Shown here: piece after piece, positions 34,615 to 44,002 of the stretch
Layout of the letters: each line of letters starts with the position of its first letter
How positions within the stretch are numbered: position 1 is the stretch's first letter
From: Kiritimatiellia bacterium
GTDB lineage: Bacteria > Verrucomicrobiota > Kiritimatiellia > CAIQIC01 > Lenti-01
DNA length: 64,000 bases
Direction: 5' to 3'
Assembly (NCBI GenBank): GCA_028681135.1
Contig: JAQUJC010000002.1
Location: forward strand, 21,892 to 85,891
Position numbers and translations under genes: made by a program
Notes under the pieces: model-generated
What the model was told of the DNA's origin: nothing
The model's database searches: none
Seen by the model: only the letters and a program-made list of their open reading frames with translations

Positions 34615-35886
34615 TTATTTGCCGCCGGTAGCGGCGGCCGCTTCTTCCATCATTTTCACACTGTTGGATGATCCAATACGGGTGGCCCCGTTTTGAACCA
34701 TCAGCATGGCGTCGGCATAGGTGCGAACGCCACCGGAGGCCTTGACGCCGAGGCGCTTGGGCGCGACGGTGCGGGCCATGAGGGCGATGTCTTCGGCCTT
34801 GGCCCCGCCCTTGTTGAATCCCGTGGAGGTCTTGACGTAGTTGGCGCGGGCGCGCATGGACGCCTCGCAGGCCTTGACAATCTCGTCCGGGGTTAGCAGG
34901 CACGTCTCGATGATCACCTTGAGCAGAGCGCCGCCATCTGTGACGGACTCTGCCACCGTGCGGATGTCCTTCATGACGGCATCCCAATCGCCAGACTTCA
35001 CGAGGCCGACGTTGATAACCATGTCGATTTCCTTGGCGCCTTCGCGGATGGCGCGGCGGGCTTCCAGGGCTTTGATTTCCGGCGCGCCAGCGCCGAGGGG
35101 AAACCCGACGACCGCGCAAACCTTGACGGAGGAACCGCGCAAAATCTGAGCCACATAGCGCACCCACGAGGAGTTGACGCAGCAACTGAAGAAGTTGTGC
35201 TGGAGGGCTTCCTCGCACAACGTCTTAACGTCGTCTTTGGTGGCTTCCGGTTTGAGCAGGGTATGATCGATGATCCGCGCCAATTGGGCGGGTGTCAGGT
35301 TCTCTCCGCCCGCCGAGGTGGAGCCCCCCCCGCCGACAATTTGTTTCACGCGCTCGGCGATCCGCGCGACATCCTGGGTGCTGAGTTCCAATTTCATCTC
35401 CTTAATGGCGGTCATGACGGGGGTGCCCGCTCGTCCGCTTTCGAGGTCCTGGATCATTTGGACGCGCCGCAGGTGCCTCTCTTCGGTGCAGTCCGTGGCG
35501 ATGAAGACATCTGCGATGGCTTTCGCCTGTTCAAAAGTGGTTTGCCCGGACCCCAGGGTCAGGACGTTGGCCCCATTGTGCTCGCGAGAGTTTTTTGCCA
35601 GGACCTCATTATAGCAGGCGGCGGCGCGGACACCGGGAATTTTGTTGGCTGTCATGGCCGAGCCTATGCCCGCACCATCCACCATGATGCCGAGATCGCA
35701 CCGTCCCGAAGCTACCGCGCGGGCCACCGCCGCCGCAAAGACGGGGTAATCAACTGACTCTTTGGAATTTGTTCCGGCATCGGTCACATTATGTCCCTGG
35801 CCCTTGAGCCAATCCGACAACTGGGTCTTTAATTCAAAGCCACCATGGTCGGAGCCAACGGCAATTCTGCGCGGACGTGTAGACAT
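34615..35886 (-). CDS. fusion: RpiB/LacA-type sugar-phosphate isomerase + deoxyribose-phosphate aldolase (DeoC)
   Basis: aa 1-148: IAVGSDHGGFELK...GIGSAMTANK...REHNGANVL (RpiB). aa ~200-423: IDHTLLKPEAT, VCAVVGFPLG, IDMVIN, VKTSTGF (Schiff-base Lys region), VKASGGVR (DeoC). Confidence 0.85.
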   Translation of the reverse strand: MSTRPRRIAVGSDHGGFELKTQLSDWLKGQGHNVTDAGTNSKESVDYPVFAAAVARAVASGRCDLGIMVDGAGIGSAMTANKIPGVRAAACYNEVLAKNSREHNGANVLTLGSGQTTFEQAKAIADVFIATDCTEERHLRRVQMIQDLESGRAGTPVMTAIKEMKLELSTQDVARIAERVKQIVGGGGSTSAGGENLTPAQLARIIDHTLLKPEATKDDVKTLCEEALQHNFFSCCVNSSWVRYVAQILRGSSVKVCAVVGFPLGAGAPEIKALEARRAIREGAKEIDMVINVGLVKSGDWDAVMKDIRTVAESVTDGGALLKVIIETCLLTPDEIVKACEASMRARANYVKTSTGFNKGGAKAEDIALMARTVAPKRLGVKASGGVRTYADAMLMVQNGATRIGSSNSVKMMEEAAAATGGK

Positions 35887-35967
35887 AACGGCGCATATGT
35901 TTAACTCTTGGCGCGCCTAGGGCAAGCCTTATTTACAAAAAAATGAGAAAAAACGTTTGACTGTTAC

Positions 35968-36001
35968 ATAAAACCTAAAAGAAGGGACTTCATTCGTCCC
36001 T
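35968..36001 (-). terminator. intrinsic terminator downstream of arsC and upstream of the BMC operon
   Basis: Minus-strand RNA AGGGAC-GAAUGAA-GUCCCU followed by UCUUUUAGGUUUUAU. It lies ~200 nt after the arsC stop. Confidence 0.45.
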
Positions 36002-36199
36002 AACCAGGATGGTAAAGAGTTGTTCGAGCCTGTTCAGATCGCTTTCTCAGGGAACCAGTGCTGCGTGCGCAGGCAGATTCGCCCAAATGAAGAACCGGCA
36101 GATGGCGATGGCGCATCTGTGGCTTTGCGGTAGGGCGAGGCGTTCCTGCCGAACTGCGGCGGGTTGACTCCTGATCCCGGCTCACCCGGTCCCAACCCC

Positions 36200-36664
36200 T
36201 CAGAGAGTTGGGACGTCTCTACCAGGGGTTGTCGAACTCAGGGCGTCCGGCAACGTTTCGACAAAGGCCTTGATCTCGTCGCGGACGCGGCGGTAATGGG
36301 AAAGGGCTTCTGCTTCGGTCGAAGCCTCCCGGGCCAGACGTGGCGGATCGTCGAAGCCCGCATGCACCACGTGTGTCTTGCCGGGGAAGAGGGGGCAGGA
36401 CTCGTGGGCATGGTCGCAGACCGTCACAACATAATCAAAGTCCTGCGTTGGCAGGTCGGCGACGGTTTTGGACCGCTGGCCGGAGATGTCCACCCCCGCC
36501 TCGGCCATGACCTTTATGGCTCGCGGATTGAGACCATGGGTTTCGATGCCGGCGGAAAATGCATTGATCTGGTCGCCTTTTAACGCACGTACCCAGCCTT
36601 CGGCCATCTGGCTGCGACACGAATTGCCCGTGCAGAGGAAGAGGATGTTCACGGGGCCGCTCAT
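36200..36664 (-). CDS. arsC: arsenate reductase / low-molecular-weight phosphotyrosine phosphatase family
   Basis: ILFLCTGNSCRSQMAEG P-loop, SAGIETHGLNPRAI, VVTVCDHAHESCPLFPG. An alternative upstream start is at 36712. Confidence 0.75.
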   Translation of the reverse strand: MSGPVNILFLCTGNSCRSQMAEGWVRALKGDQINAFSAGIETHGLNPRAIKVMAEAGVDISGQRSKTVADLPTQDFDYVVTVCDHAHESCPLFPGKTHVVHAGFDDPPRLAREASTEAEALSHYRRVRDEIKAFVETLPDALSSTTPGRDVPTL

Positions 36665-36894
36665 GGGAGTCGTGGGCTGGGAGATGTTAGTGCCATACCC
36701 AGTTCTCTCCACGTGGCGAGCCTGTCAGAGGGATTGTCTTCATGGGGGCTCCTATTCCGTTTTGGTATTCCTCTATGGAGCAATGGCTCCAAAGACCATG
36801 CCGCTGGTCGGGGCCATGACAACGACGAGGGCCCCTGCAAGGGAAAACGCCGGCCCCAGACAGAGCACGACATCTTCACGGGCATACCACGTGG

Positions 36895-39420
36895 CTACGA
36901 CACCAGATTCCGCGCGATTGCCTCGCGGGTAGCATCCGCCAGGCGTGTTTCATTTGTGCGGTCGGCCTCGGGGAGGGCGGGCAGAAAGCGGACCGTGATG
37001 CGCGTGAGGAAGCGCGGGAGGCGGCGGCCGCGGGGCAGCGCGCGTATGGCACCGCTGATGGCGACCGGGATGACCGGGATTTGTAATTCGAGCGCCAACG
37101 CAGCAAACGTTCCCTTGAAATCGCCGAGTTGTCCGTCTTCCGAGCGTGTGCCTTCGGGGAAGATGATCAGATTGCCGCCCTGACGCAGAGCTTGGGCCAT
37201 CATTTGTAGCGAAAGTTGTACGTCGCGCCCTACTTCGACAACGATGACATTGCTGTGCCGCGCGAGCCATTCAAGCAGGCCGTTCTTCACGTGCTTGCGC
37301 TTGGCATAGTAGTAGGTGCGGCGCAGGAATGCATTCTTCAGATACATCGAGACCAAAAGCCCGTCGATAAAGGATTGGTGGTTGGCGACCAGGATGCATG
37401 GCCCTTGAGGGGGCAGGTGCTCGCGCCCTTGGCTGCGAACACGGAACATCAGGCGAACCAACCCGCCGAGGAGCATCTTAAGGAATGGATGGACCCAGCC
37501 GGAGCGGGGCAGGGCCAGCGGCGTCTTGCTGTCTTGGGGCTTGAGTAGCGAATCCCAGGTGCCGGCGCGCTCGCGGAAAAAGAGCCGGTGGGCATCAGCA
37601 TGCTGGGCGAGTGCCAACACCGTTGGGAAGTCCGTGAAGACACTTTCGGGCAGTTTGACGCCAAATGTTTTTTCGATAAAAATCAGCACCGAGAGGCGGG
37701 CCAGAGAATCGAGGGCGAGGTCCATCTCCCAATGCGAGGTGGGGGCTACGCGCAGGCATTCCAGTTCAGAACGCAGGAAACGATCAAAGGCGGCATAAGC
37801 CGGGCCGAGGTCTTCGGGCTTGGGCGCCGGAGTCGAGTTGCCCGAGAAAGTGCCGACCGCCAACGCAGCCAGTTCATGGCGCTTCAGTTTGCTGAGACGG
37901 GTTTTGGGCAGCTCGTCCGCCACGATAGTCAGTTGCGTGATCTTCTTGGCGGGAGGAGCGAGGCGGTTGTAGGGTTCCAGCAATTTCCAGCGGAAATGCT
38001 CGGCCTGGGCCGCCGGCACGCCATCGAGAAATCCCGCCTGGGGTACAATCAGCGCGTGTAGCAGATCATCGCGAAATGTGACGGCGACCTCCTTGATATC
38101 TCCTGAAAGGCTGGCCAGTTTTTCTTCGAGTTCGGCGGGGTTGACTTTTTTCCCGTTGGGTAGAACCACGATTTCTTTCTTGCGGCCAGTGATGAAAAGG
38201 TAGTTGTCAGTGTCAAGGTAGCCCAGGTCGCCGGTATGCAGCCAGTCATCCTGAATCGCTTCGGCGGTCGCCTCGGGATTACGCCAGTAGCCCGGAAAAA
38301 CGTGCGGGCCGCGAACGAGCACTTCACCGGCTTCAATGCGAACAGAGTCCGGCAGGCAGGGATTGCCGCAGGCTCCCAGCCGAACGGATTTGGGGCGAGG
38401 AAAACTGATCAACGGGGCGCATTCGGTCATGCCATACCCCTCCAGGACTTCAAACCCGCAGACGGTCAGGTCGCGGGCCACATCGCGGTCGAGTGCGGCT
38501 CCCCCAGAGACCATTTGGCGCAGATGACCGCCAAACTTCTTTTGCACGGGATAGAGGAGAATGCGCGAGATCGGCAGACGATCGATCACGGCCGATAGAC
38601 GGTAGAGCAAGCGGCCGACCGGGGTCTTGAACAGGTTGTCGATGATGGCCTTGCGGAAGAGCGCATAGAGACGGGGAACGCCGATGAGCAGCGTGGCTTT
38701 GTGGCGGCGCATGGTGGCGACCATTTCGGCCGGGTCGAGGGAATGGGACATGATGATGCTCCCGCCGGAATAGAGCGGAGCGAGGAGACAGCCCACCAGC
38801 GGCAGAATATGATGGAAGGGCAGGAGCGCAAAGGTCCGACTGTCGGAGCGAAAGATGGGGACGCGATCGCAAACCGACTCCAAATTCACCAGCAGATTGC
38901 CGAAGGTCAGCATGACGCCTTTGGGATCGCCGGTGGTGCCAGAGGTATACAGGATGGCGGCCAGTGTATCGGCGGGGCCGGACTCAAGCGGGACCGTGGC
39001 CAGAGCCCCCGACGGCAGGGCCGGAAAATCTTCTTTGTCAAAGCACACCACGCGCGGGGAAAGCGAGGGGAGTGTACGCAGGGCCTCTTGAACGATCGGG
39101 TGAGTCTTATCCGAGCAGAACAAAGCCACGGGTTCGGTCTGCTCCACAATGTAGGCCAGTTCAGCGGCGGGGCTCATGGCATCGACGGGCACGGCGATGC
39201 AGCGGTTGCGCCAAATCGACAAAAGCGCGGTGAGCCATTCCGGGCGGTTCTCAGAGAAAAGCACAATGCGTTCACCAGGAGAGGAAAAATAGAGTGAGGC
39301 CAGTGCCGCCGAGTGGGCCAGCAGGTCGGAATAGGAAATTTCGTCGTCTTTCCAATAGACCGCTGGAAGGGCCAGGGGGCGAAGCACTGTGAAAGCCGGT
39401 TCAGGTTGGGGCGATGTCAT
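36895..39420 (-). CDS. tri-domain acyl-activating enzyme: AMP-binding ligase + carrier-protein-like domain + PlsC-type acyltransferase
   Basis: YTSGTTGDPKGV and TGDLGY..GRKKE (ANL). LALDSLARLSVLIFIEK (DSL phosphopantetheine-like site). ANHQSFIDG (HX4D) and FPEGTRS (acyltransferase). Confidence 0.8.
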   Translation of the reverse strand: MTSPQPEPAFTVLRPLALPAVYWKDDEISYSDLLAHSAALASLYFSSPGERIVLFSENRPEWLTALLSIWRNRCIAVPVDAMSPAAELAYIVEQTEPVALFCSDKTHPIVQEALRTLPSLSPRVVCFDKEDFPALPSGALATVPLESGPADTLAAILYTSGTTGDPKGVMLTFGNLLVNLESVCDRVPIFRSDSRTFALLPFHHILPLVGCLLAPLYSGGSIIMSHSLDPAEMVATMRRHKATLLIGVPRLYALFRKAIIDNLFKTPVGRLLYRLSAVIDRLPISRILLYPVQKKFGGHLRQMVSGGAALDRDVARDLTVCGFEVLEGYGMTECAPLISFPRPKSVRLGACGNPCLPDSVRIEAGEVLVRGPHVFPGYWRNPEATAEAIQDDWLHTGDLGYLDTDNYLFITGRKKEIVVLPNGKKVNPAELEEKLASLSGDIKEVAVTFRDDLLHALIVPQAGFLDGVPAAQAEHFRWKLLEPYNRLAPPAKKITQLTIVADELPKTRLSKLKRHELAALAVGTFSGNSTPAPKPEDLGPAYAAFDRFLRSELECLRVAPTSHWEMDLALDSLARLSVLIFIEKTFGVKLPESVFTDFPTVLALAQHADAHRLFFRERAGTWDSLLKPQDSKTPLALPRSGWVHPFLKMLLGGLVRLMFRVRSQGREHLPPQGPCILVANHQSFIDGLLVSMYLKNAFLRRTYYYAKRKHVKNGLLEWLARHSNVIVVEVGRDVQLSLQMMAQALRQGGNLIIFPEGTRSEDGQLGDFKGTFAALALELQIPVIPVAISGAIRALPRGRRLPRFLTRITVRFLPALPEADRTNETRLADATREAIARNLVS

Positions 39421-39572
39421 AATGGATAGACTCCTGTCGGACCGGAAGTAAAAACACCGGATTCATTCCAGTAACCTAGCCCATTGGTGCGTCGGTAACA
39501 ACGCTAAGTTCAACAAATATCAACTCGGCAAACGCGGACTCCTAGCGGTGATTCAGTGCAACCCAAACACCA

Positions 39573-39630
39573 TTAGTTATATTTTAAGGGCTGACCCCAA
39601 CTGTGGGGTCAGCCCTTAAAATATAACTAA
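39573..39630. repeat. family-B REP-like doublet: perfect 26-bp-stem hairpin
   Basis: TTAGTTATATTTTAAGGGCTGACCCC-aactgt-GGGGTCAGCCCTTAAAATATAACTAA. It sits in the divergent intergenic region. Confidence 0.95.
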
Positions 39631-39683
39631 TGACATTCAAAGAAGCTTGGCGGGTGGGGTGGGGCGGGGTAAAGTGGCGGCCC

Positions 39684-39980
39684 ATGGACTTTTTGAAGGT
39701 CATCCAGAGGGTTTGCCAGATTGCCATAGTCCTGTTGTTGATTGGCATTGTGGTGCGCTTGTTTTTGCCGCTGATTGCTCGCCAGAAGGAATTGCGGGCG
39801 CGCGAAGCGGAATTACGGATGGAGATTCAGCAGGAAGCCGAGGCCCTTCGGATGCTGCGCTTAAAGCAGGTGCGGTTGCAGGAAGACCCGCAATTTGTTG
39901 AAAAGATTGCGCGTGAAAAGCTGGGCTATGCCAAACCTGGCGAGACCATTTTCCGTTTTATGGATGCCGAGGAGCCATAG
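39684..39980 (+). CDS. ftsB: septum formation initiator (FtsB/DivIC family)
   Basis: A single TM segment, then a coiled coil, then FVEKIAREKLGYAKPGE, typical of FtsB. Confidence 0.75.
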   Translation: MDFLKVIQRVCQIAIVLLLIGIVVRLFLPLIARQKELRAREAELRMEIQQEAEALRMLRLKQVRLQEDPQFVEKIAREKLGYAKPGETIFRFMDAEEP

Positions 39981-41082
39981 CGGTTGCCGCCCAGCGCAAT
40001 TCGGCGGCAATGGACTCTGCCAGTGGGTGGGGGTGCAGGGGGGGGGGGAGAATGGCGTAGGTATAGGTTTCCACTTCACAAAAGGTCTGCCGCGCTTTTT
40101 CAAAGAATGCCGGGGTGAGGTGGCCGCGGGTGGAGCGCAGGGGGCCGGTGCCCGCCCAGGTCAAGGGGACATGGACATGGGTACGCACGGTGGCTTCGCG
40201 CGGTAGCGCAGGCAAGTCGTGCAAGGCCGGTCCGAGGTCATCCCACGCCCCAAGGATTTCACCGTGAAGCGCGGCGCGGGTCTGGTGGAGATAGGCGGAT
40301 TCGTCGAAGGGGGCCAGGGCGTCACGGGCCGCAGGGGTATTGTCGCACTCGATGGCAGCCGATAGTTGTACCCGTCCAATCTGAGTCCAGTCGAGGCCGT
40401 CCATGGATTGGAACTCGACGGCGGCGTGACAGGTGTCGAGGCACCAGCAGATTTCGGGGCCGAGGTCTGTTATACGCGGATCGAACAATGTCCAGACGCA
40501 ACCGGGTTCGGGTTCGATGGCGATCTGGATGCGGCGGCCGGTGTCGTCCTGGAGGCGGCGGCAGAAGCGGGCCGCCTGGCGCAGATTGCTTAGGGCGGCA
40601 CTATCGTCGGCGGGCGAATTCCAGTCGCGGGTCCATCCGCCAGGCACCGTGGTGACGGTGGCGTTCATTCCTTCGGGCACTACCCGCGCTAGAAAGGACG
40701 CTGCCGCCTGCGTATAGTCAGCTCGCGCGGGATCGCTCCAATTGGGGCGGTAGACCTCTTTTTTGACGTCTACGCCTTGGAAGGGGCCATAGGGGAACGC
40801 GTTGAGCGCCACGATGAAACAGTCGTGTTGGGTGAGCCACTCGCGTAAGCGGGGAATGGCCGCAGTAGCTTCGCGCAGGGCGCGCTGGCCCAGATGCAGG
40901 CTGAGCGGGAAAGGGTGGTCCGGCGCTACGAGTGCTTTGACGGCCAGGGCATGGGTGTCGAGTGCGTGTTGCACCGCCGCCCAAGTCGAGGCGTCGTGGA
41001 CATTCAGGCAATAGGGCAGGGGGAATGGGGTGAGCGTTGGATCGGGCGTAGGCGTGATAAGGGGTCTTGGCGTCATTCCCAT
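39958..41082 (-). CDS. xylose-isomerase-like TIM-barrel protein, EboE-like
   Basis: YCLNVHDASTWAAV start region. Size and pairing with a DHQS-like gene match EboE as I recall it. The start may be 41076, giving an ATGA overlap. Confidence 0.5.
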   Translation of the reverse strand: MGMTPRPLITPTPDPTLTPFPLPYCLNVHDASTWAAVQHALDTHALAVKALVAPDHPFPLSLHLGQRALREATAAIPRLREWLTQHDCFIVALNAFPYGPFQGVDVKKEVYRPNWSDPARADYTQAAASFLARVVPEGMNATVTTVPGGWTRDWNSPADDSAALSNLRQAARFCRRLQDDTGRRIQIAIEPEPGCVWTLFDPRITDLGPEICWCLDTCHAAVEFQSMDGLDWTQIGRVQLSAAIECDNTPAARDALAPFDESAYLHQTRAALHGEILGAWDDLGPALHDLPALPREATVRTHVHVPLTWAGTGPLRSTRGHLTPAFFEKARQTFCEVETYTYAILPPPLHPHPLAESIAAELRWAATAMAPRHP

Positions 41083-42260
41083 TCACCGAGGGCGGCGATA
41101 CAATCGCTCATCAGGGTGTTATCGATCTCATGCAGTTCGATCCGCGCGCCCAGCGGCGCAGGAAAAGTGACCGTCAGGTCGCCGCCCAGATGAGCGCGAA
41201 AATCCTCGAGGCCATCGAGGACGGTCAGGCGTCCGCGGCGATCCGTCTGCGCCAATTCCGGCGCAAAGACGGGCAGGCCGCAGGTGCGCAGGGTATCGAT
41301 CAAGCGCCGCACCTGCGCCTCGGGCATCAGGCCCAGACAGCCAGCATACAGGGCGTCCAGGGCGATGCCGATGGCCACCGCGTGGCCGTGGGAAAGGCGG
41401 TGTTTCGACATGGATTCGAGTTTGTGCGCCGCCCAATGGCCGTAGTCGAGCGGACGCGCTGCACCCTGTTCAAACGGATCCCCCGATGTCGCAATGTGGT
41501 CGAGGTGCAGCAGCGCGCATCGCTTCAGCAGGCGTTGGATCGTGGGTAAATTCCCGCGGGCAATTTTTGGGGCACCGCGTTCGAGGGCACGGAAGAACGC
41601 CACATCTTTGATCGCCGCCACCTTGACGGATTCCGCGATACCATCGAGCAGCAGCGGCAGCGGCAGCGATTCCAGGAAGGCGCTATCATTGAGAACGGCG
41701 CTGGGCGGCGCAAAGGTGCCGAGGAGATTTTTGGCCCCGGCATAATTGATGGCATTTTTCACGCCGACGCCGGAATCGCATTGGGCGAGAGCCGTGGTTG
41801 GAATGCGGATCAGGCGCACGCCCCGATGGAATAGGGCCGCCGCCAGCCCCGCCGCATCGAGAAAGGCCCCGCCGCCAACCGCCACACAATAGGAATGGCG
41901 GCAAATGTTGCCGGCGCGCAAGGCGTCGATTATCCGTTGGACGGGCGCGGTTGACTGCTTGATGGATTCGCCACCGACCAGCGTCAGGGGAGTGCGGACC
42001 AGATGCAGCACCTCGGCATGGGCTTTGAAGTAGGCGCGGATGTGTTGTGGCAACTCTGGAAAGGCGGTACGCACGCCCTTATCGATTAGGACGAGTGCGC
42101 GGTGGCGGTTGGTGGACGGGATGCGGGTCAGCGCCTTGCGCAGCACAAGGTTACCTGGCGAAAACAGGTGGCGTGTAAATACGACCGGAAAGGTATGCTC
42201 GACACTGATTTTCTGCAGGTGGACGTGCGCGGATGAGGATGATTTCTTGCGGGTGGCCAT
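41073..42260 (-). CDS. 3-dehydroquinate synthase-family sugar-phosphate cyclase (EboD-like)
   Basis: VAVGGGAFLDAAG, DSGVGVKNAIN, HGHAVAIG metal motif. Confidence 0.7.
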   Translation of the reverse strand: MATRKKSSSSAHVHLQKISVEHTFPVVFTRHLFSPGNLVLRKALTRIPSTNRHRALVLIDKGVRTAFPELPQHIRAYFKAHAEVLHLVRTPLTLVGGESIKQSTAPVQRIIDALRAGNICRHSYCVAVGGGAFLDAAGLAAALFHRGVRLIRIPTTALAQCDSGVGVKNAINYAGAKNLLGTFAPPSAVLNDSAFLESLPLPLLLDGIAESVKVAAIKDVAFFRALERGAPKIARGNLPTIQRLLKRCALLHLDHIATSGDPFEQGAARPLDYGHWAAHKLESMSKHRLSHGHAVAIGIALDALYAGCLGLMPEAQVRRLIDTLRTCGLPVFAPELAQTDRRGRLTVLDGLEDFRAHLGGDLTVTFPAPLGARIELHEIDNTLMSDCIAALGEWE

Positions 42261-42337
42261 AATCTTCTATATTAGTCCAAACGCCGGGACTCCTCAAAAG
42301 GTTCACCCTGAGCGCAGTCCCCGCACGGCATGGTGTG

Positions 42338-44002
42338 TCAGGTGCGTTTCCAGGAATCCCGGAGGGGGACCGTGCGATTAAATACGGGCGCACCGGGTTG
42401 GCTGTCGGAATCCGCCGCGAAGTAGCCGATGCGCTCAAATTGGAAACGATCGCCGGCGGTGGCGGTGAGCAGCGAGGGCTCCACCCACGCGGTGGTAACC
42501 GTGAGCGAATCGGGATTCAGATGGGTTTTGAAGTCTACGTTCCGGTCGCCATCGGGTTCCGGGACATTAAAGAGGCGGTCGTAGAGCCGGACTTCGACAG
42601 ATTTGGCCGTGTGGGCGGCGACCCAATGGATGGTTGCTTTGACCTTGAGGGGCTCGCTCATGGGCGTGAAGGTGCCACGAATAGCCGTGAGAACACCTGC
42701 GGCATCTTTTTCCACGCCGGTGCAGGTCAGAAAGCCGGCATTGCGCAGACGAACAGATTTGCCGGGGCTGAGACGGAAAAATTTGGGCGGGGGGACTTCG
42801 GCAAAATCGTCACGTTCGATCACCAGTTCGGGGCCGAAGGGGATATCGCGCTCGCCGGCGTCGGGGTCTTCGGGATTGTTGCGGCTACGGATGGTAGCCG
42901 GCAGGGCCTCTGGATTCTCGATGATGACGCGCAGCGGATTCAAAACGGCCATCGCCCGCCGGGCGGTCCGGTTGAGATTGTCTCGGATGCAATGCTCCAG
43001 CAGGGCGACATCGGTCAGGGAATCGTATTTGGTAATGCCCACGCGTTCGCAAAATTCGCGAATGGCGGCCGGGGGGACACCCCGACGGCGCAGGCCGCAG
43101 AGCGTTGGCAGCCGTGGGTCATCCCAGCCGTTGACCCGCTTGAGTTGCACCAGTTCCAGCAGTTTGCGTTTACTCATGACCGTATAAGTCAGTTCGAGCC
43201 GGGCAAACTCGATTTGCCGGGAAGGGAAGAGGTGGCAGTTGCGAATGACCCAATCGTATAGCGGGCGGTGAACCTCGAACTCCAGGGTACACAGCGAGTG
43301 GGTAATCTTCTCGATGGCGTCCTCGATGGGATGTGCAAAATCATACATTGGATAGATGCACCACGAATCGCCCGCGTGGGGGTGGGGGGTGTGGAGAATG
43401 CGATAGATCACCGGATCGCGCAGGTGGAGATTGGGCGAGGCCATATCAATCTTTGCCCGCAGCACCTTGGCACCATCGGGAAATTCACCGGCGCGCATCC
43501 GCTGGAAGAGATCGAGATTATCTTCTGGCGAGCGCTGGCGGTAGGGGGATTCGCGGCCGGGTTCGGTCGGGATGCCCCGATATTCTTTCCATTGCTCGGG
43601 GGACAGTTCACAGACATAGGCCTTGCCTTCGCGAATGAGGCCGCAGGCGAGATCCACCATTTGCTCGAAGTAGTCGGAGGCGTGATAGTAATGCGGGCCC
43701 CAGTCGAAGCCCAGCCAACGCACATCGGCCTTGATGGATTCGCTGTATTCGATGTCTTCTTTGATGGGGTTGGTGTCGTCCATTCGCAGATGGCAGACGC
43801 CGTCATTTTCAAGCGCCATGCCAAAATCCAGGCAGATGGCCTTAGCGTGGCCAATATGCAGATAGCCGTTGGGCTCGGGCGGGAAGCGCGTTACCACCCG
43901 GCCATCATATGTGCCGGTGCGGTTATCTTCCGCGATGATCTCGCGGATGAAGTGCATGGTGCGAGCCGGGGCGTCTGACCGGGCCTGAGCGGGGCGGGTC
44001 AT
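42338..44002 (-). CDS. glnS: glutamine--tRNA ligase
   Basis: [26 protein letters not shown] (HIGH), VMSKRKL (KMSKS). Confidence 0.92.
   Translation of the reverse strand: MTRPAQARSDAPARTMHFIREIIAEDNRTGTYDGRVVTRFPPEPNGYLHIGHAKAICLDFGMALENDGVCHLRMDDTNPIKEDIEYSESIKADVRWLGFDWGPHYYHASDYFEQMVDLACGLIREGKAYVCELSPEQWKEYRGIPTEPGRESPYRQRSPEDNLDLFQRMRAGEFPDGAKVLRAKIDMASPNLHLRDPVIYRILHTPHPHAGDSWCIYPMYDFAHPIEDAIEKITHSLCTLEFEVHRPLYDWVIRNCHLFPSRQIEFARLELTYTVMSKRKLLELVQLKRVNGWDDPRLPTLCGLRRRGVPPAAIREFCERVGITKYDSLTDVALLEHCIRDNLNRTARRAMAVLNPLRVIIENPEALPATIRSRNNPEDPDAGERDIPFGPELVIERDDFAEVPPPKFFRLSPGKSVRLRNAGFLTCTGVEKDAAGVLTAIRGTFTPMSEPLKVKATIHWVAAHTAKSVEVRLYDRLFNVPEPDGDRNVDFKTHLNPDSLTVTTAWVEPSLLTATAGDRFQFERIGYFAADSDSQPGAPVFNRTVPLRDSWKRT

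Noticed and set aside
36000-36185. 61-aa ORF in the 200-nt gap between the arsC stop and its putative terminator.
   Set aside because: It is Arg-rich, has no RBS and no motif. It is more likely a 3' UTR. An sRNA is possible, but I see no supporting structure.
36200-36664. ArsC as part of an arsenic resistance operon.
   Set aside because: No arsR, arsB or acr3 gene is adjacent. It could equally act as a low-molecular-weight phosphatase. I kept the family-level call only.
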